Positions 39,545 to 53,167 of a stretch of 64,000 nt of DNA are shown piece after piece. The stretch covers positions 54,684,001-54,748,000 of the forward strand of contig NC_043000.1 in assembly GCF_006345805.1 (NCBI RefSeq), given 5' to 3'. Position numbers and translations under genes: made by a program. Position 1 is the stretch's first letter, and every line of letters begins with the position of its first letter. The DNA comes from Octopus sinensis. Lineage: Eukaryota. The notes under the pieces are model-generated. The model was not told where the DNA came from. It saw only the letters and a list, made by a program, of their open reading frames with translations, and did no database searches.

Positions 39545-39589
39545 CTGTGCTGATGAAGCTTAATAAAGCCGAAATGGAACCCTTCACAG
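39545..39589 (+). ncRNA. Hammerhead-like motif with intact core
   Basis: CTGTG-CTGATGA-A-GCTT aata AAGC-C-GAAA-TGGAACCCTT-CACAG: stem I CTGTG/CACAG, stem II GCTT/AAGC, imperfect stem III. Confidence 0.5.
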
Positions 39590-40789
39590 ACATGTTGGTA
39601 GTAATAACAATCGTGTAATAAAATATATATGCCCTTTTACGTCCTTTGTTTCCACCGTGAGAAAAGAAAGAAAAATTCTCCAACTTAAAATCTAGAAAGA
39701 GAAAAGAAAAAAAATGAAGTGATATTCTCCTCTGAAGATCGTAGACTCTCCTTTCTTCCCTCTTTCCCTCTTTCTCTCCCACAGCCATAATAGAACATCG
39801 AGCAAGCAACAAGCACAGAAAAACACACATGCACACCCACACACACATATATTTATATGTGTGTGTGTATATATGTGTGTGTGTGTGTGCGGTTTCCGTC
39901 CAAATACTTATGTTAATTTCATTTCCAATTTATTTCATATGTATCTTTCAAGAATATCCTTGAAAATTTTGCATAATGTATTTCAGGAACTGACTTTCCA
40001 AAGCAACCTTCTCTCATTCAATTTGCCATGCCATTTATGTTAAGAGTCTATTTTAGCATTTAACAATTCCCAGGTAGTTGTTAATTTATAACCTTCCCTT
40101 TTACAGCGTATTGTAGACCACTTTTTCTTATTTCTCATGAAATTTTTTATGTCATCTCCACTGAGCAAATTAACGACAAAGTCTTTCACACATTTGACTT
40201 TTTCGGGGAACTTTTCTTGTTTTCGGTACATCTATGGAAACTAAATTAACATTGTAGTTTCAACTTTTTCTCTCCATCACTTCAATTCTGATTTAGTCGT
40301 TTCGTCACATTTTGCAACTGACTTCTCTTTTTCCCTAGTTTCAATCCGGTCAGTATTTCCACAAGTAGACGAGCGATATACTACTGGTGCTTCTTAGAGT
40401 TTCCTTGTACATAGTTTACTGCTGTCATTGTTATTACTGCTGAATTGTCACCTTCTCCCTCATCCAAATTGTTACACCCAGATAAGTCCAAGAGAATGAG
40501 ATTCTGTTTTTTTTTCTTTTCTTGTCTTCTGGAAACAAATATCAGTGAGTTTCTGTTTTTCAATTGCTTAAGATTTCCGACCTCAGGCTGTCTTCTTCTA
40601 CAGTACCGCTCTAGAAGCTTCATCACGTTTGGCTTATTTCAAGTTTTGGGCTTTATCATTTCAGGACATATATGTATAAGAGTAAAATATTTTCTTTGAA
40701 TTGGATTTGTACAGTGTACAAAAACAATATATATACTTTACAGCCAGAGGAAAAGAATTCGCTTTTGCCAGACCAGAGTGAGAATCAAA

Positions 40790-40930
40790 GAGGAGACGAG
40801 AAGAGCAGGTATGGGAAGGTAGCATGGCATGGAGACAAAGTGCAAGAGACTTGCGACCATCCTGATGGAGTGAACACCATGAAGAGAAAGATCGAGAGGA
40901 AGTCCAAGAAAAACGCGATGCTGTGCCTTC
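40790..40930 (+). mobile_element. Possible RTE-clade LINE 3' coding remnant
   Basis: Frame reading RSRGSPRKTR resembles the RTE C-terminal R.RGRPRKTW motif; purine-rich island. Confidence 0.3.
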
Positions 40931-43230
40931 ATAGAAAACGTGTAACCGACAAAGATAAGATGTGTCAGATGAACATACGAGGAGTTGCTGAAAAGATCTT
41001 GGCTTTAAGGGTAACGTGAAAACCTTGGTTAAAAGGACTACTCAAATTAGATTGTTAATATGAGAGGCAATATGCTGAATAAAAACATAATTAACTGATA
41101 CACCTGTATCTTCTTTTACCTAAATCCAGGTATACTTCAGCACTCCCTCGAACATAGTTATATAAAAAATGATAGGATAAGAAGGAAAGCTCTGGAAAAT
41201 ATTAATACCTATTATATATTTAGAGAAAATTTATGAATAAGTAAATGTGAAAAGATATTAATTCATAGTAATTAAAAACAATAAAGCACAAGTCAAAAAT
41301 ATACGAAACACACATACAAAGAGTAAGCGATCATTTTCGTTGGATTTTCCTATCTTACAAGCCTGACTGACTTCCTCTGATAGTACTTCGGTACACAAAA
41401 TGGCGTTCGAATCGTTTATATTAAAAGTGACACAATATATCACGAATTCCCTAATTATTCCTATTTAATTTGGTAAATGTCCCCTGTGGGAGTTTCCACT
41501 AATGATTTAACTGAAATATGCTTTGTAAGCAAGCGCTATATTATCTTCAGCAAATTGGATATTGTCCTCTTCCTATTCAAGCTTTTCAATAGTGCTTCAT
41601 GGATAATTGTACTAATGTGACCTCATATAATCCTCTTCATGTGTCATAAATGTCTTCGGTTCGCCCACGAATTTTCTTTGGCATCCTTTTTCTGCTTGTC
41701 GATTTTTGCGAGAGCCAATACCTTGACGCTATCGACGTATGACCGTGCTTGCTTCTACTGACGGGAAGCCAGTCAAACAACTGGCTTCTGTAATAGCTGC
41801 TGAAGCAATATATTTTGTTATCTTCAGTTCCCAAGAAGTAGTAGAATCCGTATCCGGCTTTGTTGCAATCTTTGTCTTTGCCCAGTATTTTCATCTTATT
41901 TCTACAAACTGACTTTCTACTCATACTGCTTTCAGTTTTGTCTGCCCCTCCATTAGATTTTAACGTAAAAGAAACTCTTTCATATTTTATCTAATAATGC
42001 CTTACTATTTTTAAAGCAATTTTATAATTACTTTTCCAAAGATTTATAAAACATATACGTACCAACATTATCAGCAACATCAAATGAGCAAAAAGAGAGA
42101 ATAACTCAGAGTTTTCATTTGCTTGTTAATTACACATACGGTATAATTTCACTTAACATATATTGAGGGTTAACATTTCTTTATTTTATTTTTGAAGAAG
42201 CAAAAGAGATTCACACTAATACATAGTGCTCGCTTGCTGAATGTTGCCTTAACCTTATTCTTGTCGTTTATAATAAGCACCGCTACTTTCCGTTTATTTC
42301 AATATATACGGTTTAATTATAACCCTCTCTCGCCGTTTTGTATAAGCTTTGATGAGGAAACCTAAGAAACCTATTTGCAAGGCAGAAATTGGATTAAATC
42401 ATAATACCGGAGTTATCTCTCCTGTTGCACGTAGAGGGAGCTCTTATCTTCTAATTGCAAAAATAATATTCAAAGAATTTCAACTCATAATATTACATTT
42501 GTGTGATTATCTTTTATATGCGCGTTATTTACAAATTATTTTTGGCAGCTGAACTGTATTTCGAATTTCAATCAATAAAAAAATGAACTGATTTGAACTT
42601 ATTTCCAATGCATTTATATAGAATATCATATACACACCTTCATATATTTATGCAAAATTTAAACTTCCTTGCTTAAAGCAAACAATAACAAAGATGAGTA
42701 TCTATTAAATTCATATTTATTGAATCAATTTACTATTTCCTATTTTAGTACACATCAAAAATTAATTACTTGCGTGACTCATAGTGTATTTCTCCCTTTA
42801 GAACATTTATCAACACAGCAGCGCCATATCTGATCCTAACGTTCGCACTGAATACATAACAGGACCAGCATTGAATGATATTCCTTCTGGGGTCTACTAT
42901 AACGTTCATTCCTTTAGAAATCAATGAAATTACCACAACTGATATAGCTACCATAGGGATTTGTGAAAGAGACTGTAGTCATTTCAGTTGTTTGTATTTC
43001 ATTCGATATCTTTCAACTGCGGGTTACTATAAATAACCTTACATCACATCTGTCTATATTCTAAATCGGGGAAGTTAACTTTGATGCATGATCAAACGAA
43101 CTTTGTAATGAACAGAGAGATGCCGTGCCATAAATATCTGTCTTCATTCTTCCGTACATTGTTCTTAATCTTGCTTTATCTTTTCATCTCTTCCCCCTTT
43201 CTCTTCAGTTATGCATGCATACATACATTG

Positions 43231-43270
<40 letters not shown>

Positions 43271-45199
43271 GCTCGTATGTACTTACGCAAACACACAGCC
43301 AGATTATGTGCATGTGTGTATATATATATGTATGTATGTATGTGTGTTCTTGTGTGTATGTATATATGTTCGTACATATTTCTTAGTACGTGTATGCTTC
43401 AAAGAAAAAGAGGTGGAATGGCCGAACGAGAGAAAACGATCTGTGTGTTTACGATATCTGTGAATCTTAATGGGCGTGTGAATAAAGCATATCTTTACGG
43501 CTGACGTCTTCTGGATTTATATCATTTGATGAGCAATCTGCTCGGTCCTGAATAAAGTACCGAACACTTCTTCTTTGTATCACCTTTCGTTGCCATCGCT
43601 ACCGTTTATAATAGTGAGAGCAAAACTAAAACACAGAGGACCAAACGATTGAGATTCAGGTGAAGCTCCTCCGCGATTCTATATAAACCTATTTCTCTTC
43701 CGATATCAGTTTTACATATATTTACTGTACGTCTGTAGCATATATGTATTTTCCATTTGCTATATTCGTCAAGTCTTAAGTACATCATTCTTATGAATTG
43801 ATGATGATTGATTACTTTTCAAGAGGAAAATATCTTCACTTTTACGGAGTAGAATAATGCAATGCAATCATACGTTTTCTAAAGTATGTATGTATGCATA
43901 TGTGTGTGCATATGCTCCCGTACAGATAAATATATATGTGTGTGTGTGTGTGTGTGTATGTGTGTGCGTGTGTAATTGTGGCTTTGATGGAATAAATAGC
44001 AGGAACATCTCTTAATGCATAAGTATATAAAAATTTACATTTTAATCACAGAACCGACTTACTGAACTGATTCAATACTCAAAGATTGGTGACGCTCTGC
44101 AGTCATAAAATTGTACCAATTATTCCATATAATCAGGTTAGCTGCTTGTTTTATTTTGAAAGGTGAACGCTATGTTATAATCTTCAAGAAAAGATAAAAC
44201 TATAGTATTCCTTATGACACTTATTCACTGATGTGATACTTATTTACTTATTTAGGAATGTTATAAAGAAATTATGAATGACTTTAAGTAATTTAACGCT
44301 GTTATGTTGATCTATATTGCATAGTAATAACATAGAGACTTAGTCATATCTTCTCACAAAATTTTTGGAAACCTATTATAGAGTGTTGTCTTTTATTTTT
44401 TGAACATGCAAGCGAACATGTGCGCAAAGTTCTGAAGTTTCCTTACATGTCATACTAACATCAAAAGGAACGTGAAATTCAGATGCTGGTATGAAAAATA
44501 TTATGGATTTCTTGCCGCGGGAATTTTCTACGTACGAATGGTGTATGTGAGTAGTTAGTATTACGGATCTGAAAAGGAGATGTAGACAATCATTCCTATC
44601 AACGGCTGGAGTAAAAAAAATTGTATTCTGATAAAAATGTTGATATCATATGATTGAAATATTACCCATGCGGAATTGGATAAACTGTCAAAGTAAATAA
44701 GCAAGATTAAATAAGCAGACTGAGATACGCAGGATATGTTGCATGAAAGGAAAAGAATTATCAGGAAGTGAAGTTAGCAAAATATTATAAAATGATAACA
44801 CATGTCAAAATTCATAACGTCACAATCAAATCAAAAAATGCCCTAATACATACAGAAGGAATCCTATGTAAATCACTTTTAAATCAATAGCAGAACAAAA
44901 TCTCTACGGTCTCTCAACGAATAGCCTGTCAAATAAAATACACAATGAAATAAAACAGCTTACTTTACATATTCAACACCAAACAATATGACACAGTACA
45001 TACATTATACAGTTAACATCTATCAAAATGAAACAATTAGATTGCAGGATATCCTAGAAAACCGGCAGAGGAAACTCAAAAGTAACACTCAATAAAATCG
45101 GAAGAAATGTCACTACGAAACATTATCATAGCATAAACATAACTTGAAACCATCCACCAACACCACAAACACTAAAATCACAAGATCCGGTGTATGTAC

Positions 45200-48066
45200 T
45201 AAAGACTCCAGCAACCAGAACTAGGCCAAAGCAAAATTTTCCACACAAAATCAAGCATTTTTTTAACGCTCTGCTCCAAAAACCAACAACGACAATGACA
45301 TGAAGTAAGAAGGGCATACCGAAAGATGGATCACTGTAACAAATTGCGGAGGGTACATCGCTCTGCTCTAAAGACACAGAAAAATACAAACACAAAAACT
45401 ACAACTGCAAATCAATTCTCAATCACTCCAACAACAACAAGAAAACACAGAAGCAACCAACAATGAAAATCCACGCCTAATGGAAGTTGAAAACTTTTGG
45501 AAAGTGATCTGGAGTGATGAGAAACCATACAAGGAAAATGCACACTGGATCATACGCACCCAAGATGCCTACAAATATCTACAGGAACAGGTATAAGAAG
45601 ACATCTCAATCGCACACCTAAGGTGGACACTAACGAAGGCTAATAAGTGGAAATCCCCTGTTATTGACAGAGTACCAAATTTCTGGCTCTCTTCACACCC
45701 GTCCGCACACTATATGTTAGTAATACTATTTAACAGTATTATGAAAGACCCGGAAAAAACTCCCCATTCGATGGCAAATGGTATTACTTACCTCCTCCCC
45801 CAAAATAACGAAACGAAAAACCCAAAATCTCCCGGCCTATAACATGTTTGTCTACAACCTATAAGATTTTGAAATCTATTCTAGTGGTGAAAACATATAC
45901 GTTTATGGAAGAGAATAACCTCTTTCTCACTGAACAAAAAGGATGCAGACGAGGCTCATACGGATGGAAATATCAGCTCCTAATTAATCGCATGATCCTT
46001 GAGAACTGCCATAACAAGCGCAGAAATCTCAGCTCTTCATGGGTTCATTATAAAAAAGCCTTTGATAACATACCACATTCGTGGATTCTGAAATCGCTGG
46101 ACATTTTCAAAATTTCTCCAATGATTTCAGATTTTTTAAAGTATAATATGTCATTATGGAACACGAAACTCCAATTATATCATTCTAATGGGGTATTGCG
46201 CTCAAACAATATTAGCATAAACTGTGGTATTTTCCAAGGTGACTCACTTTCAGCACTAATTTTCTGCATAGTAAACTGAATAGAACAGGAAAATAAGCCA
46301 TTTATTTTATATGGATGATTTAAAACTATATGGCAAAGATGATGAAGAGCTTGAAGGACTACTACATACTGTGAAATGATTCAGTGATGATATTGGGATG
46401 GAGTTTGGCCTTGAAAAGTGTGCCAAAGCTACTTTTAAGAAAAGGAAATTGGTAAAGTCAAAGTCAAGTTCAATCGAAGTAGATGTCGAAACAGTAATAA
46501 AGGAACTTGAGCAGGTACAAACCTATAAATACCTAGGAATAAATGAAGGCTCTGGTATCCAGCATGCAAGCATGAAAAAGAAGGTTAGGAAGGAATGTTA
46601 TAGAAGAGTTCGGGAAATCCTGAAGTCTGAGCTGAATGCATATAATAAAGTGTTAGCCATAAATTCTTTAGCAGTCCCAGCTGTTCTTTATAGCTTCAAT
46701 GTTCTTAACTGGAATACTAGTGAAATAATGAAAATTGACAGAAAAATCCGCACGCTATAAACTTGTAATAAGATGCACCATCCAAAGGCAGACGTGGATC
46801 TTCTTTACCTTCCCAGAACTCGTCTTTACCTTCCCAGAGGTCGAGGTTTGATCCAGCTTGAAATTACGTACAAAACCACCAGAATCGGGCTGGCCAAATA
46901 CCATGCAGCAACCAACGATTGGATGCTAAAACTTGTTGAGAAACATGAAAGACCAAAAAAAATGCTCTCTATTCTGAAAGAGTGTAAATAATTCGCTACT
47001 GATTTCTTAGATACCTACCAGATTGATCAGGTTGAAGGAAATGTGCCAACAGCTGCTGCATAGAAAACAAACTTAATTGCAAAGACAAAAGCACATGAAA
47101 AATTAGCTAGCAGATGGCAACAGATACCTTTGCATGGCAAGTATGTGGCCCGTACTAAACAAGGTGATGTCGACCAGAAACACACGCAATAATGGTTACG
47201 AAGCTCAGAGCTAAAAGCAGAGAGTTAAGGTTTCATATTAGCTGCTCAAGACCAAAGCTTACTAACCCGGAACTACCAAGCGAATGTGATAAAAAATAGA
47301 GCTGACCCAAAATGCCGATTCTGTAACGATGAGATTGAAACTATTGACCACATAATCTCAGGGTGTAGAGTATTAGCACCTATAGAATATACAGCAAGAC
47401 ATGACAGAGTCGGCCAGTATTTACACTGGACAATATGTCCTCATTATAAAATCAAAACCCTGGACAAATGTTATAAACACCATCCTGAAGCTGTGACTGA
47501 GAGAGAAAAATGTGTCGATTCTATGGGATTTCGCGTACATAGCGACAAAACTATAAAAGTTAATAAAGCGGATAGTATTATTTATAAAAGATCAGACAAA
47601 AGAGATGTGTTTATTAATTGACATGAGTATTCCTTGCGATCACAATATAGCGGCGAAAGATTTTGACAAGATCAATAATTATAAAGACTTGCTAATAGAA
47701 ATTGAAAAAAATGTGGCATCTCAAGGTGACCACAATACCAGTGATTGTAGGATCTCTAGGAATGATAAAAAAAAATGGCACTGAAACCTATTTGAAAATG
47801 ATACCAAGCTTACCATCCATACAGGAAGTGCAAAAAATCCTGTTAACTAGAACAGCTCATATACTGAGAAGAGCATTATCGTTGTGAAAACAACATCCAT
47901 TCATGAATTTATTTATTTATTAATTTTTTAAATACATATTTTACCTGTGAATTTCCATGTGTAATCTGGGAATCCAGACAATGTGCTTCTCTGCCCTAGG
48001 TGTACGGAAAAACTCGGCGAGATACGGAGGAAAATTTGAAGAGAGAAAGAAAAAAAAATAATAATG
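45200..48066 (+). mobile_element. Decayed R4/Dong-clade non-LTR retrotransposon (RT, CCHC finger, restriction-like endonuclease); 5' boundary uncertain
   Basis: EVENFWKVIW, KWKSP.ID.VPNFWL, RPITCLSTTYK, EQKGCRRGSYG, YKKAFD.IPHSWI, GIFQGDSLS, HLFYMDDLKLY, YKYLGI, LYLPR.GRGL, CRFCNDEIETIDHIISGC, RHDRV, VIVGSLG. Stop at 47887, 3' UTR ends in A-rich TAATAA. Many stops, frameshifts and small deletions. Confidence 0.92.
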
Positions 48067-48229
48067 ACTAGAATACCTGTGACCCGTTGGGTTGCAGGGA
48101 ACGTCTGAGTTTCCTCGTAACAGAGTTTTGCTTCGTGGGTACTTGTTTCCTTTCCATGTTATTTCACATGCTTTCAACGAATGTGTCATCGAAATCACGT
48201 ACAAGAGGCACCTTGCCCCAGAAAAGGAA

Positions 48230-48345
48230 AGATTTGGCTGCTGTTTCTTGCTCTCCCAGCTACCACGCAACAGATATTTTTTGTCGTTTATCGCAAATAG
48301 CAGTTACTTGGTAGCAGGGCGTGCTAGAAATAGCAGCTAAATTTT
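48230..48345. repeat. Imperfect ~36-bp inverted repeat
   Basis: AGATTTGGCTGCTGTTTCTTGCTCTCCCAGCTACCA versus TGGTAGCAGGGCGTGCTAGAAATAGCAGCTAAATTT. Confidence 0.7.
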
Positions 48346-48924
48346 TGGAATTTCAATGCACTCAAAACAACTTCTGGGAAAACTTATTGCATACCGAAGT
48401 TACGAAAGGGTCTTCTACGAAATAAATATGCCAACAAACATTTGTGATGGCATTCACTTGAAAATAAATTTAAAAAACATAAAAATATTGTCCGTTTAAA
48501 GAAAACTAACATATAAATGCTCATTTTACAAACATCTTACGTTTTTGAAATCACATTTACTGTAAAAAAGGAAATTGTATTGTTCTTTCGTTGTCAAGTC
48601 CCTGTCTAATCGAAAGGTAAGAGTTAATTCACTTCAGGATTAAGTTAATTTCGGAGAGTTTCCTCATTATGCACCATTTTGGGTATTTGCACCCTGAAAA
48701 CCATTAATATCTTCACAATCACCAATCCGATTTACGCAAAATTTGTTTCATTCCGCTCGTATTTACATTTCAGAGGAGGATTAAGTCATAGTATTTTCCC
48801 ATTATTCGCCATATTGGTTGGGTAACATTGCTAGCAGGCAAGCAAGATTCAATCTGACTTTTAATGTATTATAGGTAATAATAATGACGATGACGATGAT
48901 GATGATGATAATATACTATTAAAT

Positions 48925-50695
48925 GGTATGAACATGAACCTAGTAAAGTACTAAAATGTAAGAAATATAAATCGTTGCGGGACTTTAACATTCAGATGGG
49001 CAGAGTAATAGGAACTAGATGGCCTCATGTAGTAGTAGTAGATAAAGAAAATGAAAAGTGCCAGATAATTGACTTTACAGTCCCAAATGATGAAAAGCTC
49101 AATATAAGACATATAGAATAAAATCAATTTTGAACACAATTCCAGATTTTCCATCACTGTTATATAGCTCCGTGAACGATAAAGGAATTCATTGACAAAG
49201 AGCACAATTTTCCACGGAGGAATGCACACATGATGAAGAAAGGGCCCATGAGAGTCCGATACAGAATAGCCGCATTGACGTCGCTTTTTCGATTTGGTGA
49301 CAGAGTAACTTTTTCTGCATCGCCAGACATGTTGGTCCTTTCTGTACACACATTCACTCCGACATCGTGGGAATATCACAATAGTGGACAGGGACGCCAT
49401 GATTCCGAAGGAATTCAATAGCTTTTCCGTCATCCTCAAAACGATGCAAGCATAGTACTTATACGCACAGATGGTACAGAACATCTTCACAGCTAAGAGA
49501 CAGCTCAGCAAATGCCACGTTCTTATTTTATGTTTCTGATCTCTGTCTCTCTCTCCTGTCTCTCTCTCTCTGTCTTCTCTTTCTCTCTCTCTCTCCTTCC
49601 TTTCTCTCTCTCTCTCTCTCAAAATTTTACAGCTTTATACCAGCGTTTTAGGAAAAAACAGAAACAAAAATCTTCCACGCCCAAACTAATTTTTGTATGT
49701 GTGCGCGTGGGGGAGAGCAATGGAAGTTGTCTTTCTACAAAGAAGCGATTTAAAATAGATATATCTTAATTGTTGTATGAGAAAATATATATATTCAGAT
49801 GATAAAATATAGAATCTTTTAAAAACATCCTAAATTTATAGACTGTATCTTGTGAGCTTAAGAAAAAAAAACGTTTTTTCTCCTACACTACTGTGTGTGG
49901 AGGAGAAACAAGAGAGAGAGACAGAGAGGGAGAGGGAGAGACGAGAGGTATACGGTCAAAATACTTGCATCAGTAGCTGGCTAGATATTTATTTATCTCC
50001 TCGGAGAAAAATAAATATCTAATATTTTTCTTGGAAATATTTAGACGAGGAAAAAAGTATGTTTTGTTGAGAATTATTCCATTTATTTGACAGCAAAGAG
50101 GTAAGAAGTACTGTGTCGGTGAACTTTTACCTGTCTACATATACATACACGCTATTATATAAATATATATATGTGTGTGTGTATGTGTGTGTGCGTGTGA
50201 GTGTGTGTGTACACACACACACACACATATATATATATATGCCAAATATACACAATGTATATGTCACATACTCTACTATATATATTTAATAACGAACCAT
50301 GTAATTCACACTCTGGAAAATGTACTTCTGTAAAATGTTGGGAGTAGGTAAAATTTCTGAGGCTTCCACCTCACCCCATTTTCCGGACCCAAAATGGGTT
50401 TTGTAGCATATTAGGAGGTCAGGGTACTTGAATCCACTCAAAAGTAACTGAGCTTTGTTTTCCTTAAATCAGTTGAAAAGATCAATAGAGGTGGGGATGA
50501 AATTTCAGAGGCTTTCATCTCATCCCACCCAGTTTTCCGGACCCCAAAAAGGGTTTTGTAGAATATTAAGAGATCACCGGAATTCATTCAGGGAAAAAAA
50601 AATAATAATTTCCAATGATTCCGGGAGGGGGTTCAGGTCCCCCTCTCCTTTTTTCAGAACCAAATATCGTGCGCGTGAAAGTATCAAATAATACC
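48925..50695 (-). mobile_element. Probable internally deleted Merlin (ISXO2/IS1016-like) DNA transposon
   Basis: ORF 48951-49622 contains FPRCRSEC...HVWRCRK...QCGYSVS.SHGPFL...IPPWKIVLF, resembling the Merlin N-terminal Zn region; no DDE core seen. Minus 5' end GGTATTATTTGATAC at 50695. Subterminal direct repeats at ~50350-50420 and ~50500-50575. Left boundary tentative. Confidence 0.55.
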
Positions 50696-50964
50696 TAAAA
50701 AATTTAATAATAATAATCGACATAGCAATACTTTACGAAACAAACACTCATGTGAAGGTCAGAGCTAAGTTGCGATAAAAGGAAAAGATGTAAATACATA
50801 AGGATACACACGACTTGGAATATATGTAACATAGCAATGCTAGGTACTGCACATATTACGTAGAACACGTTCAAAATAAACAACTCAACGAAAGTATACA
50901 ACTACGCTCTGTAGTAAACTGAACGCACGGAACAAACATAACATAACTAAGTGATGAAAGTTCT

Positions 50965-51100
50965 AGCTTAATTTGGCACAAGGCGAAGAAGGGCAAGTCG
51001 ATTACATCGGTCCCCAGTCCTTGACTAGTACTTTATCGACAGGAAAGAATGCATTGCAAAGTCACCGAAATCAGAATATGAACGCAAAACGTGGTGCTCT
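50965..51100 (-). mobile_element. SINE family A, degraded copy
   Basis: AAGTCGATTACATCGGTCCCCAGT...CTAGTACTTTATCGAC...GCAAAGTC matches family A. Confidence 0.65.
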
Positions 51101-53136
51101 TAATAATTCTACTCGAGGCGATAACGTACGGACAAATTGCAACTGATGGAGATTACACGATCAAGAAATGCTGTATATGGGAGTTTTGCAAGAATATCTG
51201 GTTCTTAACAGAACCTGAGATTTTGACTGCAATTCGAAAGGTGGAAAACTGAGTGCATGTGTTGTTAAAGCGACTGAAGACGAAATTATTTTGCCTTTCC
51301 CCACCTTTTTTTTTGGGGGGGCAGATACATTAGTGTTGTAATTTGAGTTTTTGCTGATATGTTGGCTTTATTATAAATACTGTATGACTGCACAGTTGTA
51401 GTATAGCTTCCTGTAAATGATTTGTTCATTTCATATTGATGGATATGTGGCATGTATAATGGTCACTGGTTTCAATGAAATGGATGGATAACAATCGAAG
51501 TACAATCATAGCCAACGATAGGCAGTAAAGAATTAATCATTAGTTGCCCTATTAAAGTATTGGAAGAATATAGGGTAATTAGAAAAATGATCCAAGAATG
51601 AAAAACAAGGTCAATCGCAACTTTAGTGATAAGACTTCTGTAGAATCACGTTCAGCTCCACGTTTAAATGTTTAGTACAATTAAAATATATGTGGAGTCG
51701 ATGGGGTGATAGGATGTTGGTTTTAAAATATTTCATCTTCCTACTTAGAACAACACTTCATCTTCTTACTACACAGTACTGATTCATATATGTAAATGTT
51801 GAGTTACGTTTAAAAATTCCTTGTACGAAACTCGTTGAGCAACATCTAGAGAGTCTCAAATATTACTTGAGACACAATATCATATGATCTGAACAGACAC
51901 TTTGTATCTCGTACTTCCCCGACTGACTGACGAGATAAAGTTATCACAGGCTTCACATATAATGTAACATCTCATTGCGCATTCTTCCCATACTTCTCAA
52001 TTGCTACATTTCTTCAAAATTCTCTCTCTCCCCCTATCTCTTCCTCTGTGTGTGTGTGTAAGTGTCTATATGATTTCTTTTTATGTAAATGCTTATATGT
52101 ACGTGTGAATTTATATGTGTTTATATATATTTATACAGAGGGTGAGAAAGAGATGCGGAAGGAAGTCAAAAGTAACCCCTTACCCTGAGAGCTATTCAGC
52201 TTCATATGGCAATCTGCCAATCTTTTACGAAATATGAATAACAATCACTGTCAAAAATATCATTATATAGCAACATTAATTATTCAACTATTCACTGAGA
52301 TATGAATGAAAATAGCTTATTTACTATTCCTATTAGAAAGCAGAATATTTTACAGTCGTAATGCTGCTAATTTCGACAATCATACGTATGTGATTTAACA
52401 CAAAACAATTATATTTATTTGTATAATAAGCTATAGATAACCGAATAGAAGTTCTTTAAGTATTGACAGCATTCCAGTACAATTTAAATACAGACATAGA
52501 TACAGAGACACACACAAACCCATTTTTCTCATACCACACACACAAACATATCCTAGACAGCTCTATTTTTGTTCAGCTATCTTCTCTGAGTGTGCTCAAC
52601 AACTTAACTGACTGTTGGTGTAATGATCGTTTATCGATTTGAATTAAACAAACAGAAGGAACAGAATTCCATAGATTAGATATAGAATATATGGAATATT
52701 TACCATTCGATAAATAGCAGGTTATATAGAGGATTTGGTGGTTGTTTGCCACGCTAGCCACTTTTTATAAAAAGACAGTGCCCAAGCGTCGCATGATAGG
52801 AATATATAAAAGAAATTACATATATATATATATATATATATATGCCAGAATTACATATATATATACCAGAATTACTTAATACAATTTTGAAGCGTAAAAG
52901 TATATTTTTTTAAAGTTACTTTTTTAAAAATATATATATTTTATCAGGATGCTGCTTTTCTTTCTTTGGAAACAAATTTTTTCCTAATGTGTGAGCACTT
53001 TCAGTCAGCCTTTCACACATGCCCTTTCTCCCCTCTCTCTCTCTCTCTTTCTCTTTCCCTCTACATACGCACACACACATAATCACAGACATACACACAC
53101 ACACACAAACACACACACTCACACACACACAGACAA

Positions 53137-53167
<31 letters not shown>

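Noticed and set aside
42345-42380. TTGATGAG...GAAAC hammerhead-like string
   Set aside because: Stems I and II cannot be formed convincingly. Kept only as similarity to 1500-1640.
42766-42954. APE-endonuclease-like 'YVFSA...GAAVLI' fragment
   Set aside because: Too short and degenerate to support.
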